The position numbers and the translations under genes were made by a program. Below, in pieces: positions 30,165 to 39,806 of a stretch of 64,000 nucleotides of DNA. The DNA is from Planctomycetota bacterium (GTDB lineage Bacteria > Planctomycetota > UBA8108 > SXIK01), in NCBI GenBank assembly GCA_965223265.1, contig OZ244999.1:4416001-4480000 (forward strand), in the 5' to 3' direction. The notes below the pieces were generated by a model. It made no database searches. It was not told where the DNA came from and was given only the letters and a program-made list of their open reading frames with translations. Position 1 is the stretch's first letter, and each line of letters begins with the position of its first letter.

Positions 30165-30531
30165 CCGCTGCACCGAGTGCGCGGCCCTTCACATCAGCAC
30201 CCTCGTCAGCGGCGCTCGCAGAACGGAAACGATGGCCTCCTCAGCACGGTTGGCGGCGATTTCATGTGCGCCGAAACGGCTCTTGGTCCGTAGCTCGCGG
30301 GAGCCAGCCTGAGGTCTCTGCGTGCGCAGTTCGCCAGCCCGAGTCGTCCCACGCCAGCGCCGGCATCCGCTCCTCCAAGTCGACCCAAAATACATCCATA
30401 ACTCACTACGCAAAAATATCTTACAACTCCCCCTTGACGACAAAACGGCCTTACCTACGGCTGCTTCTCAGCGGCTCCAGTTCTGGAGGTGTGCGCCCTG
30501 CAGCAGCTTAGAACAATCTCAGAAAAACCCC

Positions 30532-30560
30532 TTGCGGGCCCAACCACGATCCTTTAGATT
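30532..30560 (+). promoter_or_regulatory. Putative sigma70 promoter with no downstream protein gene
   Basis: TTGCGG-N17-TAGATT, with an A-rich tract (AGAAAAA) just upstream. Confidence 0.5.
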
Positions 30561-30565
30561 TCCCT

Positions 30566-30878
30566 TCCCTCGAGCACCGCTCAAAGCGACGGGCTTGGTG
30601 GGGAAAAGAAGCTTCCGAACCCGGTCAAAGTCAGGCGGACAGCCTTCGGAAACGGAGATTGTGAGGACTCGTCGTCGAACGGTCTCCGAAGCGGCAAGAC
30701 GACTTGAACGACCGTGTTTGGACGCAGCTCGACGTCCCCGGCTGTGGGTCTGTAGTCAATTTCTAGGTTGACCCAGACGGTGATTTTGTCGACACAAACA
30801 AGCCAATCTGATTGAGATCCGTTCTCCGCCAGGTGAAGACCAGTTCATGCCGCTGGTTCTCGCCTGGCTTTTTTGTTT
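30566..30878 (+). ncRNA. Candidate structured non-coding RNA, about 310 nt, family unknown
   Basis: Bounded by the putative promoter and an intrinsic terminator; contains a succession of stems whose non-WC pairs are mainly G.U on the + strand; no convincing CDS inside or downstream. Confidence 0.45.
30828..30878 (+). terminator. Intrinsic terminator
   Basis: 16-bp stem GCCAGGTGAAGACCAG / CTGGTTCTCGCCTGGC (1 mismatch, 2 G.U), 9-nt loop, followed by TTTTTTGTTT. Confidence 0.8.
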
Positions 30879-31125
30879 GAGGCGGATCTTCGACCACTCG
30901 GAGACTCCGGCATTTGCGGTAGCGCCCGCTTCAGCTAGCGGTGCCCCTCGCGGAATGCCCCGGGCTGCGTTTGTTCAGACACCCCGCTGCGTAGGTCTAC
31001 CTCGGGAGCGTGCGCGGCCGCCGCGACCCGGGCGAGATGACACGCTCGAGGGCCCCTCTTGGAGATCTGAGACGAGCAGAGCTCCCCGGCTGCCGGCGCA
31101 GCGGCCATGTGGCCCAGCCCGAGCT

Positions 31126-32412
31126 TCAGGACCCGCCTTCGGCCGGCTGCGCGGCTGGATCGCTCGTCGTCGGCGCGGCGTCGCCGCTGCTCGCGCCTTC
31201 GTCGGTGGGTGCCGCGCTGCCGTCACTCTCCCCGGCTGGGTCGATCTCTGTGCCCTCTTGCGGCTCTTCCCCATCCTCTGCGGGCTCCTCCGGCTCTTCC
31301 TCCTTCGGTAGGAAGTCTTCGAGTTTCTTATCCCAGCTGCCGAACTTGTATTTCAACATTCGATAGACGCGGTCGGCATTGGCCGCATCGGAGATGCGAA
31401 AGTAGTGTCCGTCGTCTTCACCCTTGTCGTTCTTGATCGTGTCGCCAAAGGCCACTTCGAACGACAGCAACGCGCCCTCGGGCTCGTCCTTGCGGCGATA
31501 CTGCATCGCAGCACGAAGCTGAGGCTGATCAAGACCGTAGGCCGCAGGTTCCTTCGGCTCGACGACATCCTCGACGCTGATGGTCTGCCCGGCATTGAGG
31601 ATGCCGCGCGCTACATAAGACTGACCGCTCTCAACCTCGTGGGTCTCCGTGCCGCTCGTGACGACGAAGTACTCCTCGCGCTTCGTCTCCGGTTCACTCT
31701 TCTCCCCTTCGCCATCCTTGTCCGCGCTCGAGTCGTCCTCCGGCGCGTCGACGGGGACGTCGCGGAACCGCCGTTCCACGAGAAGGTCTTGCTGCTCAGG
31801 TCGAACGACTCGGACCGACTGAATCTCCATGTCACTCGGCAGCTTGAAGACGTCTTTTTCGATGTAGTTCTTCCCTTCAGCATCGTCCCCCCACAGACTA
31901 GCATCCGAGCGCAGGTTCGTCGCCACGCGATACGTCGCATCTTCATCATCGAAACGGACGAAAACGCGTGTGTTCGTAATGCTACCGCCGGTCGCCGTCT
32001 TACCGATCGTCATGTTGGCGAGCTGTTGACCGCCTCCATCGAACACTCGCAGCTTGCCACCTTTCTTTTCATCCACTTCGAAGTTGGCGTGAGATCCGCG
32101 CTGGTTGCCGAACTGCTCAGGGTCTTCCAACTCACCAAGCGACTTGAGGATCTTGCCGACCTTTTCGTCGTCCGCCGGGTAATTGAACGACGATGCAACG
32201 AGCCACTGACCGCCCTCCTTCTTGAGCTCGACCTTACCTTCTCCCTTGGCGATCTCGATGCGGGCTGCGTCGTCGATCTTCGCCTCCTGCAAGCGCTGAA
32301 AGCCGGCGGAGACCTCCCCTTCGTGGGTGACGTAGGGCGTCCGATCGACGAGAAAAAATGCAACGACAAGCACGACGAGCACGACGAGCGCGCCGATGAT
32401 CGATTTATTCAT
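31126..32412 (-). CDS. DUF4340-domain protein
   Basis: N-terminal TM; W.V...YPAD..KV..IL..L pattern; YGLDQP motif; last gene of a Gld-like ABC operon; acidic tail. Confidence 0.8.
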   Translation of the reverse strand: MNKSIIGALVVLVVLVVAFFLVDRTPYVTHEGEVSAGFQRLQEAKIDDAARIEIAKGEGKVELKKEGGQWLVASSFNYPADDEKVGKILKSLGELEDPEQFGNQRGSHANFEVDEKKGGKLRVFDGGGQQLANMTIGKTATGGSITNTRVFVRFDDEDATYRVATNLRSDASLWGDDAEGKNYIEKDVFKLPSDMEIQSVRVVRPEQQDLLVERRFRDVPVDAPEDDSSADKDGEGEKSEPETKREEYFVVTSGTETHEVESGQSYVARGILNAGQTISVEDVVEPKEPAAYGLDQPQLRAAMQYRRKDEPEGALLSFEVAFGDTIKNDKGEDDGHYFRISDAANADRVYRMLKYKFGSWDKKLEDFLPKEEEPEEPAEDGEEPQEGTEIDPAGESDGSAAPTDEGASSGDAAPTTSDPAAQPAEGGS

Positions 32413-32469
32413 GACTGCGTCAGCCTCATTCTACGAAGACGGCAGGTTTTTGATTTTCTGTTCAGCGAC

Positions 32470-34842
32470 TCACGCACCGCGGGCTTGGTGCTGTTCGATG
32501 TAGCGACGTTCATAGCCGATACTCCGGCTGCGTCGAACGAGAAAGACGACGATTCCGAAGACGGCCACGAGGACAGGGACGAGAAAGTTGAAAAAGATAA
32601 TCGACTGGTACGAGTTCTCGGCGCCTGGCTTGAAGAATCGCTGCGTGAGCTGCTTGCGACGGATTGTCAGCAGACGTTCGTCCGCGCCGAACACCTCGAC
32701 CGCATTGATCAGGAACGTCAGGTTGCCCTGACTGCCGCTCCCGTTGATGTACCCTGTCTTCATCATGTCGGCCGAAGAAACGAGAAGCAGTCGGCCATCG
32801 ACAGGTGTGATCTCAACCTTGACCGGCACCGGCTTGGCCTCCTCGTCGCTAGCGTCGTCGGCGGCGGCGGCATCGCCTCCTCCCGCACTGGAGTCTCCAC
32901 TGTCAGCGCCTGCATCTGTGGCAGTGTCTCCCGCGCCGGCGTTTGACTCCTGCAGCAGAGCCAAATCGTCTGGATCGACAGCGTCGAGGACACCATCACC
33001 GCCGCCCGGCATACCTGGGAAGCCTCCCGGCATGCCCGGGAAACCTCCCGGCATGCCTCCGTGTGGGTTCATCCCTCCAGGAGCTCCGGCATCAGGCTCC
33101 TCGCGCCACTCGGGGGCGGGCTGCCCCTGATACTTAAACGGAAACTTGCCCTGAACCAAAATCGCCAATTTGCGGGAATCTACGAAATCGGGAAACGTGT
33201 CCGGTTTTTCGTGAATCAAATCCTTCTGCTCACTCACCAGGCTTGGAGGTGCGCCGCGATTGAGAGGATTCTGAGCATTGGCGAACGGATTGATCGTTGC
33301 TGTCCACGACTGGTCCGACGACCTCGCCAACACTTCGGACGTGAATCCGAGCTTCTCGAAGATTGAGTCGGTCACGGCCACCCCAGTAGCCATCGGAAAA
33401 ACGAGCTCATTGACACCGTTGAGCATTGAGTGACTACTCTCAAGGTGGTCACGACGTGCGAGGACGCAGGCCGCCGCCGGCACGGCACCAGGGATCGTCA
33501 TCGGTCCGATTCGCTGCAGGAGCCGGATCGTGCCGCGCTCGTTTGATGCCAACGCCTGATGCGGCAGCTCGATTCCCCAGCTTTTGAGTAGATCATCGAA
33601 GTCTGATCCTGGGCCGAACGTCGCGATCGGAACTCCCTGCTGCATCCCCTGCTGCGAGTAATCGAGGCCAAAGCGCGAGGCCAAAAAGATCGTGCTCACG
33701 CCCAAGGAAATCGCCCGGTTGATCTCGAAAACCTGGCGCGGCTCGAGCTGATCCGGCTGCGCGATCACGAGGCAAGAGAGCAGTGCGTAGTCAGCAGGCT
33801 GCACGCCGCCCGCCAGTGCCTGCTCCTTAGCGGCGTCATCGGCACGCTCGTTTTCGCGCTCCCACTTGTCCTCCTTGAGCTTGCGGACAAGATCCTCGAT
33901 CGAATCGGCTTCTTTGATTGCCACTTCACGCAAGTCAAAGAACTCACGTAAGTGGTTCCAGACCGCCTCGTAGTCGGATGGCGGCGGGCGCTGCGGCTGC
34001 ATCGGATTCATCGGCGGGGCTGGAGGCTTGCGACCGTCGAAAACGGCAACCACCGGTTTCTGCTCACGCGTCAGCTTCAGGATGCGGCTAGCGAGTTCAT
34101 ACTCGAGGGTCTCGAGCCGGTGGTGAACCGGGATCACTTCAGGTTGCTTGTCGAGATATGAAATCTTGATCGCGGTGTAGGCTCGAACCTGACGAAACTC
34201 TCCCGCCGTTGACTCCTGCAGCGGGATCGGAAAAATCTGTTCCTCTTCGAGCTTTTGTTTGTACTGCTCCTCGAACTGTCGCCCCAGAATCTCGCGCTCG
34301 ACGTCTCCCTGCTCGCGCCCCTGACGTGCCGCCAACTTCTGAGCGGCTTCCTCACGCTGCTTACGGATTTCCTCGGCGGTCGGCGGCTGGCGCTGACTGA
34401 AGATGTCCTGAATCGTCTGGACGGGCTCCGGCTCTTCAGGCGTCTTACCGGCCTCTTTGGCCTCGTAATACGCGTCGACCTTCTCCCTCGCGTAGTTCGC
34501 CGCCTCTGCGTCGGGGTCACGGATCTCAAAGACAAGCTTACCACCCGAGATCTCGCTGAACTCTTCGAACATATCGCGCGTGTCGCGCACGACCGTCTTG
34601 AAGAAACTCGGCAGCTCCTTCCCGCTCACGTAGTAGTCGACCTTCACCTGGTCGATGAGCTCGCTCAGGATATTCTTCGTCGGCTCTGACACGGTGTAGA
34701 CTTTGTCCGCGGTCAGATCAACTTTGTGACGGCTCAGCGCTCCCGATAGCGGATAGAGCAGGAGCAAGATCACCACACAGATGCAGAGAAAAAGAATGTT
34801 CCCAACGAAGAACTTCTTGCGAAAACTTTGGCTGTCAGCCAT
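32470..34842 (-). CDS. GldG-like ABC-system auxiliary (GIFT-domain) protein
   Basis: N-terminal TM followed by VDLTADKVYTVSEPT; LEYELASRI motif; C-terminal N..F..N.V...D..LL.IR followed by a TM; several long insertions. Confidence 0.8.
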   Translation of the reverse strand: MADSQSFRKKFFVGNILFLCICVVILLLLYPLSGALSRHKVDLTADKVYTVSEPTKNILSELIDQVKVDYYVSGKELPSFFKTVVRDTRDMFEEFSEISGGKLVFEIRDPDAEAANYAREKVDAYYEAKEAGKTPEEPEPVQTIQDIFSQRQPPTAEEIRKQREEAAQKLAARQGREQGDVEREILGRQFEEQYKQKLEEEQIFPIPLQESTAGEFRQVRAYTAIKISYLDKQPEVIPVHHRLETLEYELASRILKLTREQKPVVAVFDGRKPPAPPMNPMQPQRPPPSDYEAVWNHLREFFDLREVAIKEADSIEDLVRKLKEDKWERENERADDAAKEQALAGGVQPADYALLSCLVIAQPDQLEPRQVFEINRAISLGVSTIFLASRFGLDYSQQGMQQGVPIATFGPGSDFDDLLKSWGIELPHQALASNERGTIRLLQRIGPMTIPGAVPAAACVLARRDHLESSHSMLNGVNELVFPMATGVAVTDSIFEKLGFTSEVLARSSDQSWTATINPFANAQNPLNRGAPPSLVSEQKDLIHEKPDTFPDFVDSRKLAILVQGKFPFKYQGQPAPEWREEPDAGAPGGMNPHGGMPGGFPGMPGGFPGMPGGGDGVLDAVDPDDLALLQESNAGAGDTATDAGADSGDSSAGGGDAAAADDASDEEAKPVPVKVEITPVDGRLLLVSSADMMKTGYINGSGSQGNLTFLINAVEVFGADERLLTIRRKQLTQRFFKPGAENSYQSIIFFNFLVPVLVAVFGIVVFLVRRSRSIGYERRYIEQHQARGA

Positions 34843-34938
34843 GAGCCACTCCTTCGGGCATGGAACACATTCGAATGAGCTTGATTCAAGTCGCAGGCGT
34901 CGGCGATGGACCGTAGTCGTTGGTCCAGCGAGCCGGGA

Positions 34939-35664
34939 TCAATACTTACGCCATTCGACCGCGAAGTTGGTCAAAATCAGAAAGAACGCAGTCAGACTCA
35001 AGGCGTAGACGAAGTCGACGGGGTTCAGTAGGCCACGAATGAAATTCTCGTAGTGCGGGTAGGCGCAGAACCAAGAGATCGCCGTACCGATCCCCAGAAG
35101 CTCGTTCAGTAGATCAACGACCGTGGGGAAACCGAGCGTCACCAGGAGGGCGAGAAGCACCATACTCACCAGCAGGGCGACGATCTGATTCTCGGTCATC
35201 GCTGAGGCCCACGAACCGACGGCGAGGTAGACCGCCGCCATGAGAAAGGCGCCGACGTAGCTGGTGAAAATCACCCCCCAATCGAGCTCAAGAACAAGGC
35301 TGATGCTGAGGGGCACGACCAAGGTCAAGAGAAGCGTCGCTGCCACGACGGTGAAGCCAGCGAAATACTTTCCGAGCACGACTTGCCAGGATCGAAACGG
35401 CAAGGTCATGAGGATTTCCATGGTTCCTGACTTCTTTTCCTCACTCCAAAGCCGCATCGTGATCGGCGGCACGAGAAGAAGGAACGCGAAGATAAGCCAC
35501 TGAAAGTAAGACCGTAGGTCCGGCGACGTCTGCTGAAAAAACTGATTGATGAAGAAGAAGAGCGCTCCCATGAGCACCAGAAAGACGCAGACGAAGATGT
35601 ACGCGATCGGCGAAGTAAAGTAGGACCGCACTTCGCGCCGGTAGATCGTCAGCAAGTTTCCCAT
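34939..35664 (-). CDS. GldF-like ABC-2 permease
   Basis: RREVRSYFTSPIAY, PITMRLWSEEKKSGT.E.L.TLP and TENQIVA motifs; six TM segments. Confidence 0.9.
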   Translation of the reverse strand: MGNLLTIYRREVRSYFTSPIAYIFVCVFLVLMGALFFFINQFFQQTSPDLRSYFQWLIFAFLLLVPPITMRLWSEEKKSGTMEILMTLPFRSWQVVLGKYFAGFTVVAATLLLTLVVPLSISLVLELDWGVIFTSYVGAFLMAAVYLAVGSWASAMTENQIVALLVSMVLLALLVTLGFPTVVDLLNELLGIGTAISWFCAYPHYENFIRGLLNPVDFVYALSLTAFFLILTNFAVEWRKY

Positions 35665-35732
35665 GATTTCGAATGACCTCGGTTTATCTGGCCGCCGGCA
35701 CCGGGCCGCGGCGCGTTCTCTCGATGACAGGA

Positions 35733-36689
35733 TTAGGCTGCGCTAGTGCTCGGCTTAGCGTCACTCTTGGTGAGCTGGAGGTACACGTCCTCGAGGCTCC
35801 GCATCTCCGGCTCGAGCGACGCCATCTCCCAACCCGCATCTTTGGCGAGGTGAAAAACGGCACGCCCAACGTCGGCGGATTCCGCGGCGCGTACACGCAC
35901 GTCGTGGAAGTCGCCGTGGTGCCCTAAGAACTCGACGGAATCAACACCGTCGAGCGCCGCAAGCTTCGCTTGGACGTCTGCCTCTGACCCGCTGATCGAG
36001 GCGCGGAATACTTGCTGCCCGCTCGACTTGACCTGCAGCTCCTTGGGGGTGCCGTCAGCGACCAACTTGCCGTCGTTGATGATGATGATCCGCGAGCAAA
36101 CCGCGGAGATCTCCTGCAGGATGTGCGAGCTGAACAGAATCACCTTGCTCTGGCCAAGGCGCCGAAGGAGCTCGCGAATCTCGACGATCTGGTGTGGATC
36201 AAGGCCGCTGGTCGGCTCGTCCAGAATCAGGATCGGTGGGTCGTGGATCAGGGCCTGGGCCAATCCGACGCGCTGTTTGTAACCTTTCGACAGGTGGCCG
36301 ACGTTCTTCTTCATCATGCGAGCGATCTCAACCTGGTCGACGACGCGGTCGATGGCTGACTTCGCCCGTGCCCCGTCAAGACCGCGAGCGCGGCAGACAA
36401 AACGCAAGTAGTCCCCCACCTGCATGTCGGCGTAGACGGCTGTACTTTCCGGCAAGTATCCGATGTTCTGCCGCACTGCGAACGAATCCTCAAGGACGTC
36501 GTGACCGGCGACGCTGACGCTGCCCGCGTCGGCGACGATGTAGCACGTGAGGATTTTCAGCGTCGTCGACTTGCCGGCGCCGTTCGGTCCCAGAAAGCCG
36601 AGAATCTCCCCCGGCTTGACAGAAAAGGAGACGTGATTGACGGCCACCGTGGCGCCATAGCGTTTAACGATGTCTTGGACTTCGATCAT
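35733..36689 (-). CDS. GldA-like ABC transporter ATP-binding protein
   Basis: GPNGAGKST, LSKGYKQR and LDEPTSGLDP motifs; start reassigned to ATG 36689 (MIEVQDIVKRYG). Confidence 0.92.
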   Translation of the reverse strand: MIEVQDIVKRYGATVAVNHVSFSVKPGEILGFLGPNGAGKSTTLKILTCYIVADAGSVSVAGHDVLEDSFAVRQNIGYLPESTAVYADMQVGDYLRFVCRARGLDGARAKSAIDRVVDQVEIARMMKKNVGHLSKGYKQRVGLAQALIHDPPILILDEPTSGLDPHQIVEIRELLRRLGQSKVILFSSHILQEISAVCSRIIIINDGKLVADGTPKELQVKSSGQQVFRASISGSEADVQAKLAALDGVDSVEFLGHHGDFHDVRVRAAESADVGRAVFHLAKDAGWEMASLEPEMRSLEDVYLQLTKSDAKPSTSAA

Positions 36690-37121
36690 GCATCCTCTCC
36701 GGCGCCACATGCGGTGACGCAAGGTCCTCCAAGGCGACGAACACCCCGGTTCACGAATGAACTCAATGAGTGCCCAAACTCAGTGCCGGCGCGCTCTTCT
36801 CACCGCTTCGGCTCGCCGTGTTTGCGACACTGGGGTAACTATCTGCTCAAAAAATCATTTCTGTACGGCCGGCCCGGCGCCTCGCTGTAACCCTTGAGAA
36901 CCTCAGAGATTACTGCGCAGCGGCCGATACGATTGCCGACAACCAACGGGCGCACCCGGGCGCCTTCGAACCACGACGTCGTCCCTGGCTTGCACCGTAG
37001 TGGCGGGGGGCGAGCGGCTGGTCCCGAAAGAGCAGATGCAGCCGTTGCGGACGATTCGCGAAAAAAGCCGGCGAAACGAAAAGGTCCCTCGCTCGGGGCA
37101 TCCGCCCCACCCGTCGCCGAC

Positions 37122-37206
37122 CGCACGTCACGGCCGCACGTCACGGCCTCACGTCACGGCCTCACGTCACGGCCTCACGTCACGGGTCACGGCCTCACGT
37201 CACGGC
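37122..37206. repeat. 13-bp tandem repeat C(G/T)CACGTCACGGC, about 6.5 copies
   Basis: Units at 37122, 37135, 37148, 37161, 37174 (followed by a partial unit) and 37194. The last unit contains the TGA stop of the TPR gene at 37200-39530. Confidence 0.92.
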
Positions 37207-39530
37207 CACCACGTCAGGAGACGGCGGAGGCTGGCCGCCGCCGCCTCGTGCAGCTGCGCGGCGCCCGGGTCGGAGGCGGAGTCAGAAAAGATGTAGATGA
37301 CCGCATAGCGCTCGGCGGCCGCCGCGGGATCTACGTCCACCTCAGCGTTGGCCTTCTCGAGCTCGTCTCGCAGCCAATGCACGCGTCGCTCCGCCACAAG
37401 GTCGCCGAGCTTCTGCCCCACCGTGCGCGCGAGTCTGAGCAGCAGGTCGCTGCGCGACGGCAGGTCGTCGGGGTCGCTCAGAATCACACCGTCCGCCTCC
37501 GGGAGGACGACGCGGTCGCGCAGGATTTCGGCGGCAGTGACCCATAGGCGCTCTTGGTCGAGCTCAAACTCGAGCGCCAGTGCAGCTTGATAGAGTCTGT
37601 GCTCAGTCGGCGCCGACCGCTCCCCCCAACTCAGCTCGGCCAATTGCCGTGGGAGGGCCTGCGCCCGGACAGTCATGCGGTGCAGACGCTGGGACGCCAA
37701 TCGTCGCCGCTCATCCAACAGGCCGCGGGCCAGAGCCGAACTCGGGTCGGGAGCTTCGAGAAGCTGCTCGAGTTCGTGCTGCGCCGCGTCGAGCTCCTCC
37801 GTCGCTTGCTTGCTGGCTTGGCTCGGAGAGAGCTGCATACCGGCCACCATCGGCTGCCGGATCCACCCCGGGCGCAGCGCCCGCGGTGCGACCCAAAACT
37901 CAGCCTGGCGCAGAACGACGACACCCAGCCCCCCGGCGCGCCCGGCCCGGCGCGTGCGCTTGAGCGCATGGCCCGGGAGGCTCCGCAAGCTGGCCGCTCG
38001 AGCGACGACCTCGAGCAGATCGTCCGCAGCGGCGCGGCGCACACGCCAGAGGTCGCACTTGAGGTCCCACTCGTCGGAGGCAAGGGCGACCTTGAACTCC
38101 AGCGTTCCGGCGGGGCCGCGCCCAGCCAGACGCGCCCGAAGACGGGCGGCGCGCAGGCGCAGTGATTTCGCCTGACACCCCGCGACCTCAGATGCCGCAC
38201 GCACCCCGTCTGTGGTGGAGACGCCGTCGGCGGCGAAGCGATGGACCGTTTCGCAGAGCGTCGTCGCCAGCTGCAAGCAGAGAAGCGCGGTGGCGATGCG
38301 GCCTTCGTCTTCCAGTTCAAAAGCGCGCAGCGTCAGCTCGTCTGTCAGTTCACGCCGAACCGTGCGCTCGAGTTCTGCGACTCGAGCGGCTTCGACCAGG
38401 TTCTGGCCAGAGCCGAGACCCCTTTCCCCCAAACGCGCCATCTCCGCCAGAGCCGCGTAGGCGACATGCCACACCTCGGCGCGAGCGGCCTCGACAGCTC
38501 TTGAGTACGCCCGCTCGATGCGCGCGCGGTGGACCCGGGCCTCGCCATCAGCCGCGGCCTCGAGCCCGGGGTGGGCGAGGCGGGCCGACCGAAAACGCTG
38601 CGCGGCCTGATCAAGCACCCCGCTAGCTTCAGACTCCGCCGCCGCCCGCAGCCACTGCAAACCTCGCCGTACAGAAGCAATGACCGTCGTTGCTCGACGG
38701 CACTCATCGAGATGGCGCTCGAGGAGAACGGCCACGTCGGCATCGGAGGCGACATCGTCGCCGACAGCATCGAGGCCGACAGCATCGAGGCCGAACGCCG
38801 AAGTCGCCCCCAGACGACGATCCAGTTCGAGCTGCGCTTGCGTCAGCTCGAGTCGCAGATTCTCCCACCCAGCTTGCAGTTTCTCGAGACGGCGCTCCTC
38901 GGCGGGCAGAGCCGCCCCGAACGTTCGTTCGCTCAGCTCTCGCGAGCGGCTCTCCACGGCCGCACGCAGCGCCGCCGACCACTCCGGCTGCCGCGCCTCG
39001 GGAGCCATCGACGCGCTAAGGAAATCACCGAGGTGGTGCACTCTCTCCCACGATCCCGGAGGCGCGGCTTCAACACGGCGCTCGAGCGCCGCCAAGTCGA
39101 CGAGCCCCTGTCGCACGCGAGCGTGGTCGTCTGCCACGAAGATCCACTCGGGCGCATACTCCAGGGCGAGACGATAGTGATGGAGAGCAGCAGCAAACTC
39201 TCCCTGCCGCTCGAGCTCGCGCCCAGCGCCGCGCTCGGCGCGGGCAACTTGTCGCCCAGCCTGCTCGCACGCGCGGCGATAGGAGTCGGAATCGGGATTC
39301 AGCCGGATTGCCTGCCAAAAGTCGCGGTAGGCTGATCGATAATCACCGCTCTCGTAGTGCGCCTCACCACGACGAAACTCGGCACGACCGCGGCATCCCG
39401 AGCTGATCAAACCGCACGCCAGTACAGCGGCGAGAGTGCTGAGCGCTGCAGCACGCGCACGGCGGCGAGTCTCGAGACGACGGGAAGCCAGCTCTCGGTG
39501 AAGAAGCGAACCGCGCAAGTCTACCGGCAC
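37200..39530 (-). CDS. TPR-containing putative lipoprotein (776 aa)
   Basis: Signal with an SSGC lipobox-like motif; TPR-like helices (GEAHYESGDYRSAYRDFWQAIRLNP; GEFAAALHHYRLALEYAP). Confidence 0.65.
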   Translation of the reverse strand: MPVDLRGSLLHRELASRRLETRRRARAAALSTLAAVLACGLISSGCRGRAEFRRGEAHYESGDYRSAYRDFWQAIRLNPDSDSYRRACEQAGRQVARAERGAGRELERQGEFAAALHHYRLALEYAPEWIFVADDHARVRQGLVDLAALERRVEAAPPGSWERVHHLGDFLSASMAPEARQPEWSAALRAAVESRSRELSERTFGAALPAEERRLEKLQAGWENLRLELTQAQLELDRRLGATSAFGLDAVGLDAVGDDVASDADVAVLLERHLDECRRATTVIASVRRGLQWLRAAAESEASGVLDQAAQRFRSARLAHPGLEAAADGEARVHRARIERAYSRAVEAARAEVWHVAYAALAEMARLGERGLGSGQNLVEAARVAELERTVRRELTDELTLRAFELEDEGRIATALLCLQLATTLCETVHRFAADGVSTTDGVRAASEVAGCQAKSLRLRAARLRARLAGRGPAGTLEFKVALASDEWDLKCDLWRVRRAAADDLLEVVARAASLRSLPGHALKRTRRAGRAGGLGVVVLRQAEFWVAPRALRPGWIRQPMVAGMQLSPSQASKQATEELDAAQHELEQLLEAPDPSSALARGLLDERRRLASQRLHRMTVRAQALPRQLAELSWGERSAPTEHRLYQAALALEFELDQERLWVTAAEILRDRVVLPEADGVILSDPDDLPSRSDLLLRLARTVGQKLGDLVAERRVHWLRDELEKANAEVDVDPAAAAERYAVIYIFSDSASDPGAAQLHEAAAASLRRLLTWWP

Positions 39531-39806
39531 CTCACCTCTCGGCGTGAATGTTTTCGAACCGCTCTACGACGGCCGAAAACACTCTCTCGTGGACCAACGC
39601 TCGCAAACGGCCATGGTGCGCGCACGTGGTGCGTGGCGCGCCGCCATCTCGCGCAAGTTGGGTTCGTAGCTCGTGCCCGGCCCGAAAAACGTACCATCCA
39701 CCGAGACGCGCGACAAAAACTGGCAGCGTTTCGCGGCCTCTTCGACGTGTTTCCCGAGCTTTCGGCGTGACACCGCGGCGGCGTTATCGCCCGATGCTTC
39801 GGCAAC

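Noticed and set aside
30189-30443. Small minus-strand ORFs after the scaffoldin-like gene
   Set aside because: No properly spaced SD, no recognisable motif, and several overlapping frames are equally weak.
30566-30878. tmRNA, RNase P RNA, SRP RNA, or a c-di-GMP/ydaO riboswitch
   Set aside because: No tRNA-like ends or T-loop/CCA, no GAGGAAAGTCC, and no CAGG-GNRA-AGCAG SRP core. CCGAACCCG(G)TCA resembles part of ydaO, but GCTAAC and the 5' half are missing and there is no downstream gene to regulate.
31405-32946. Long antisense ORFs (513 aa here; also 21860-23011, 23101-24189, 47406-48698, 58582-59658)
   Set aside because: They lie opposite well-supported genes and have no motifs. They are the expected shadow frames of GC-rich codon usage.
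37122-37206. CRISPR array
   Set aside because: The units are 13 bp and abut with no unique spacers, and there are no cas genes. The 1797-bp repeats are coding and are not CRISPR either.
39521-39805. Small ORFs between ribD and the TPR lipoprotein gene
   Set aside because: No SD or domain evidence; they cannot be distinguished from chance.
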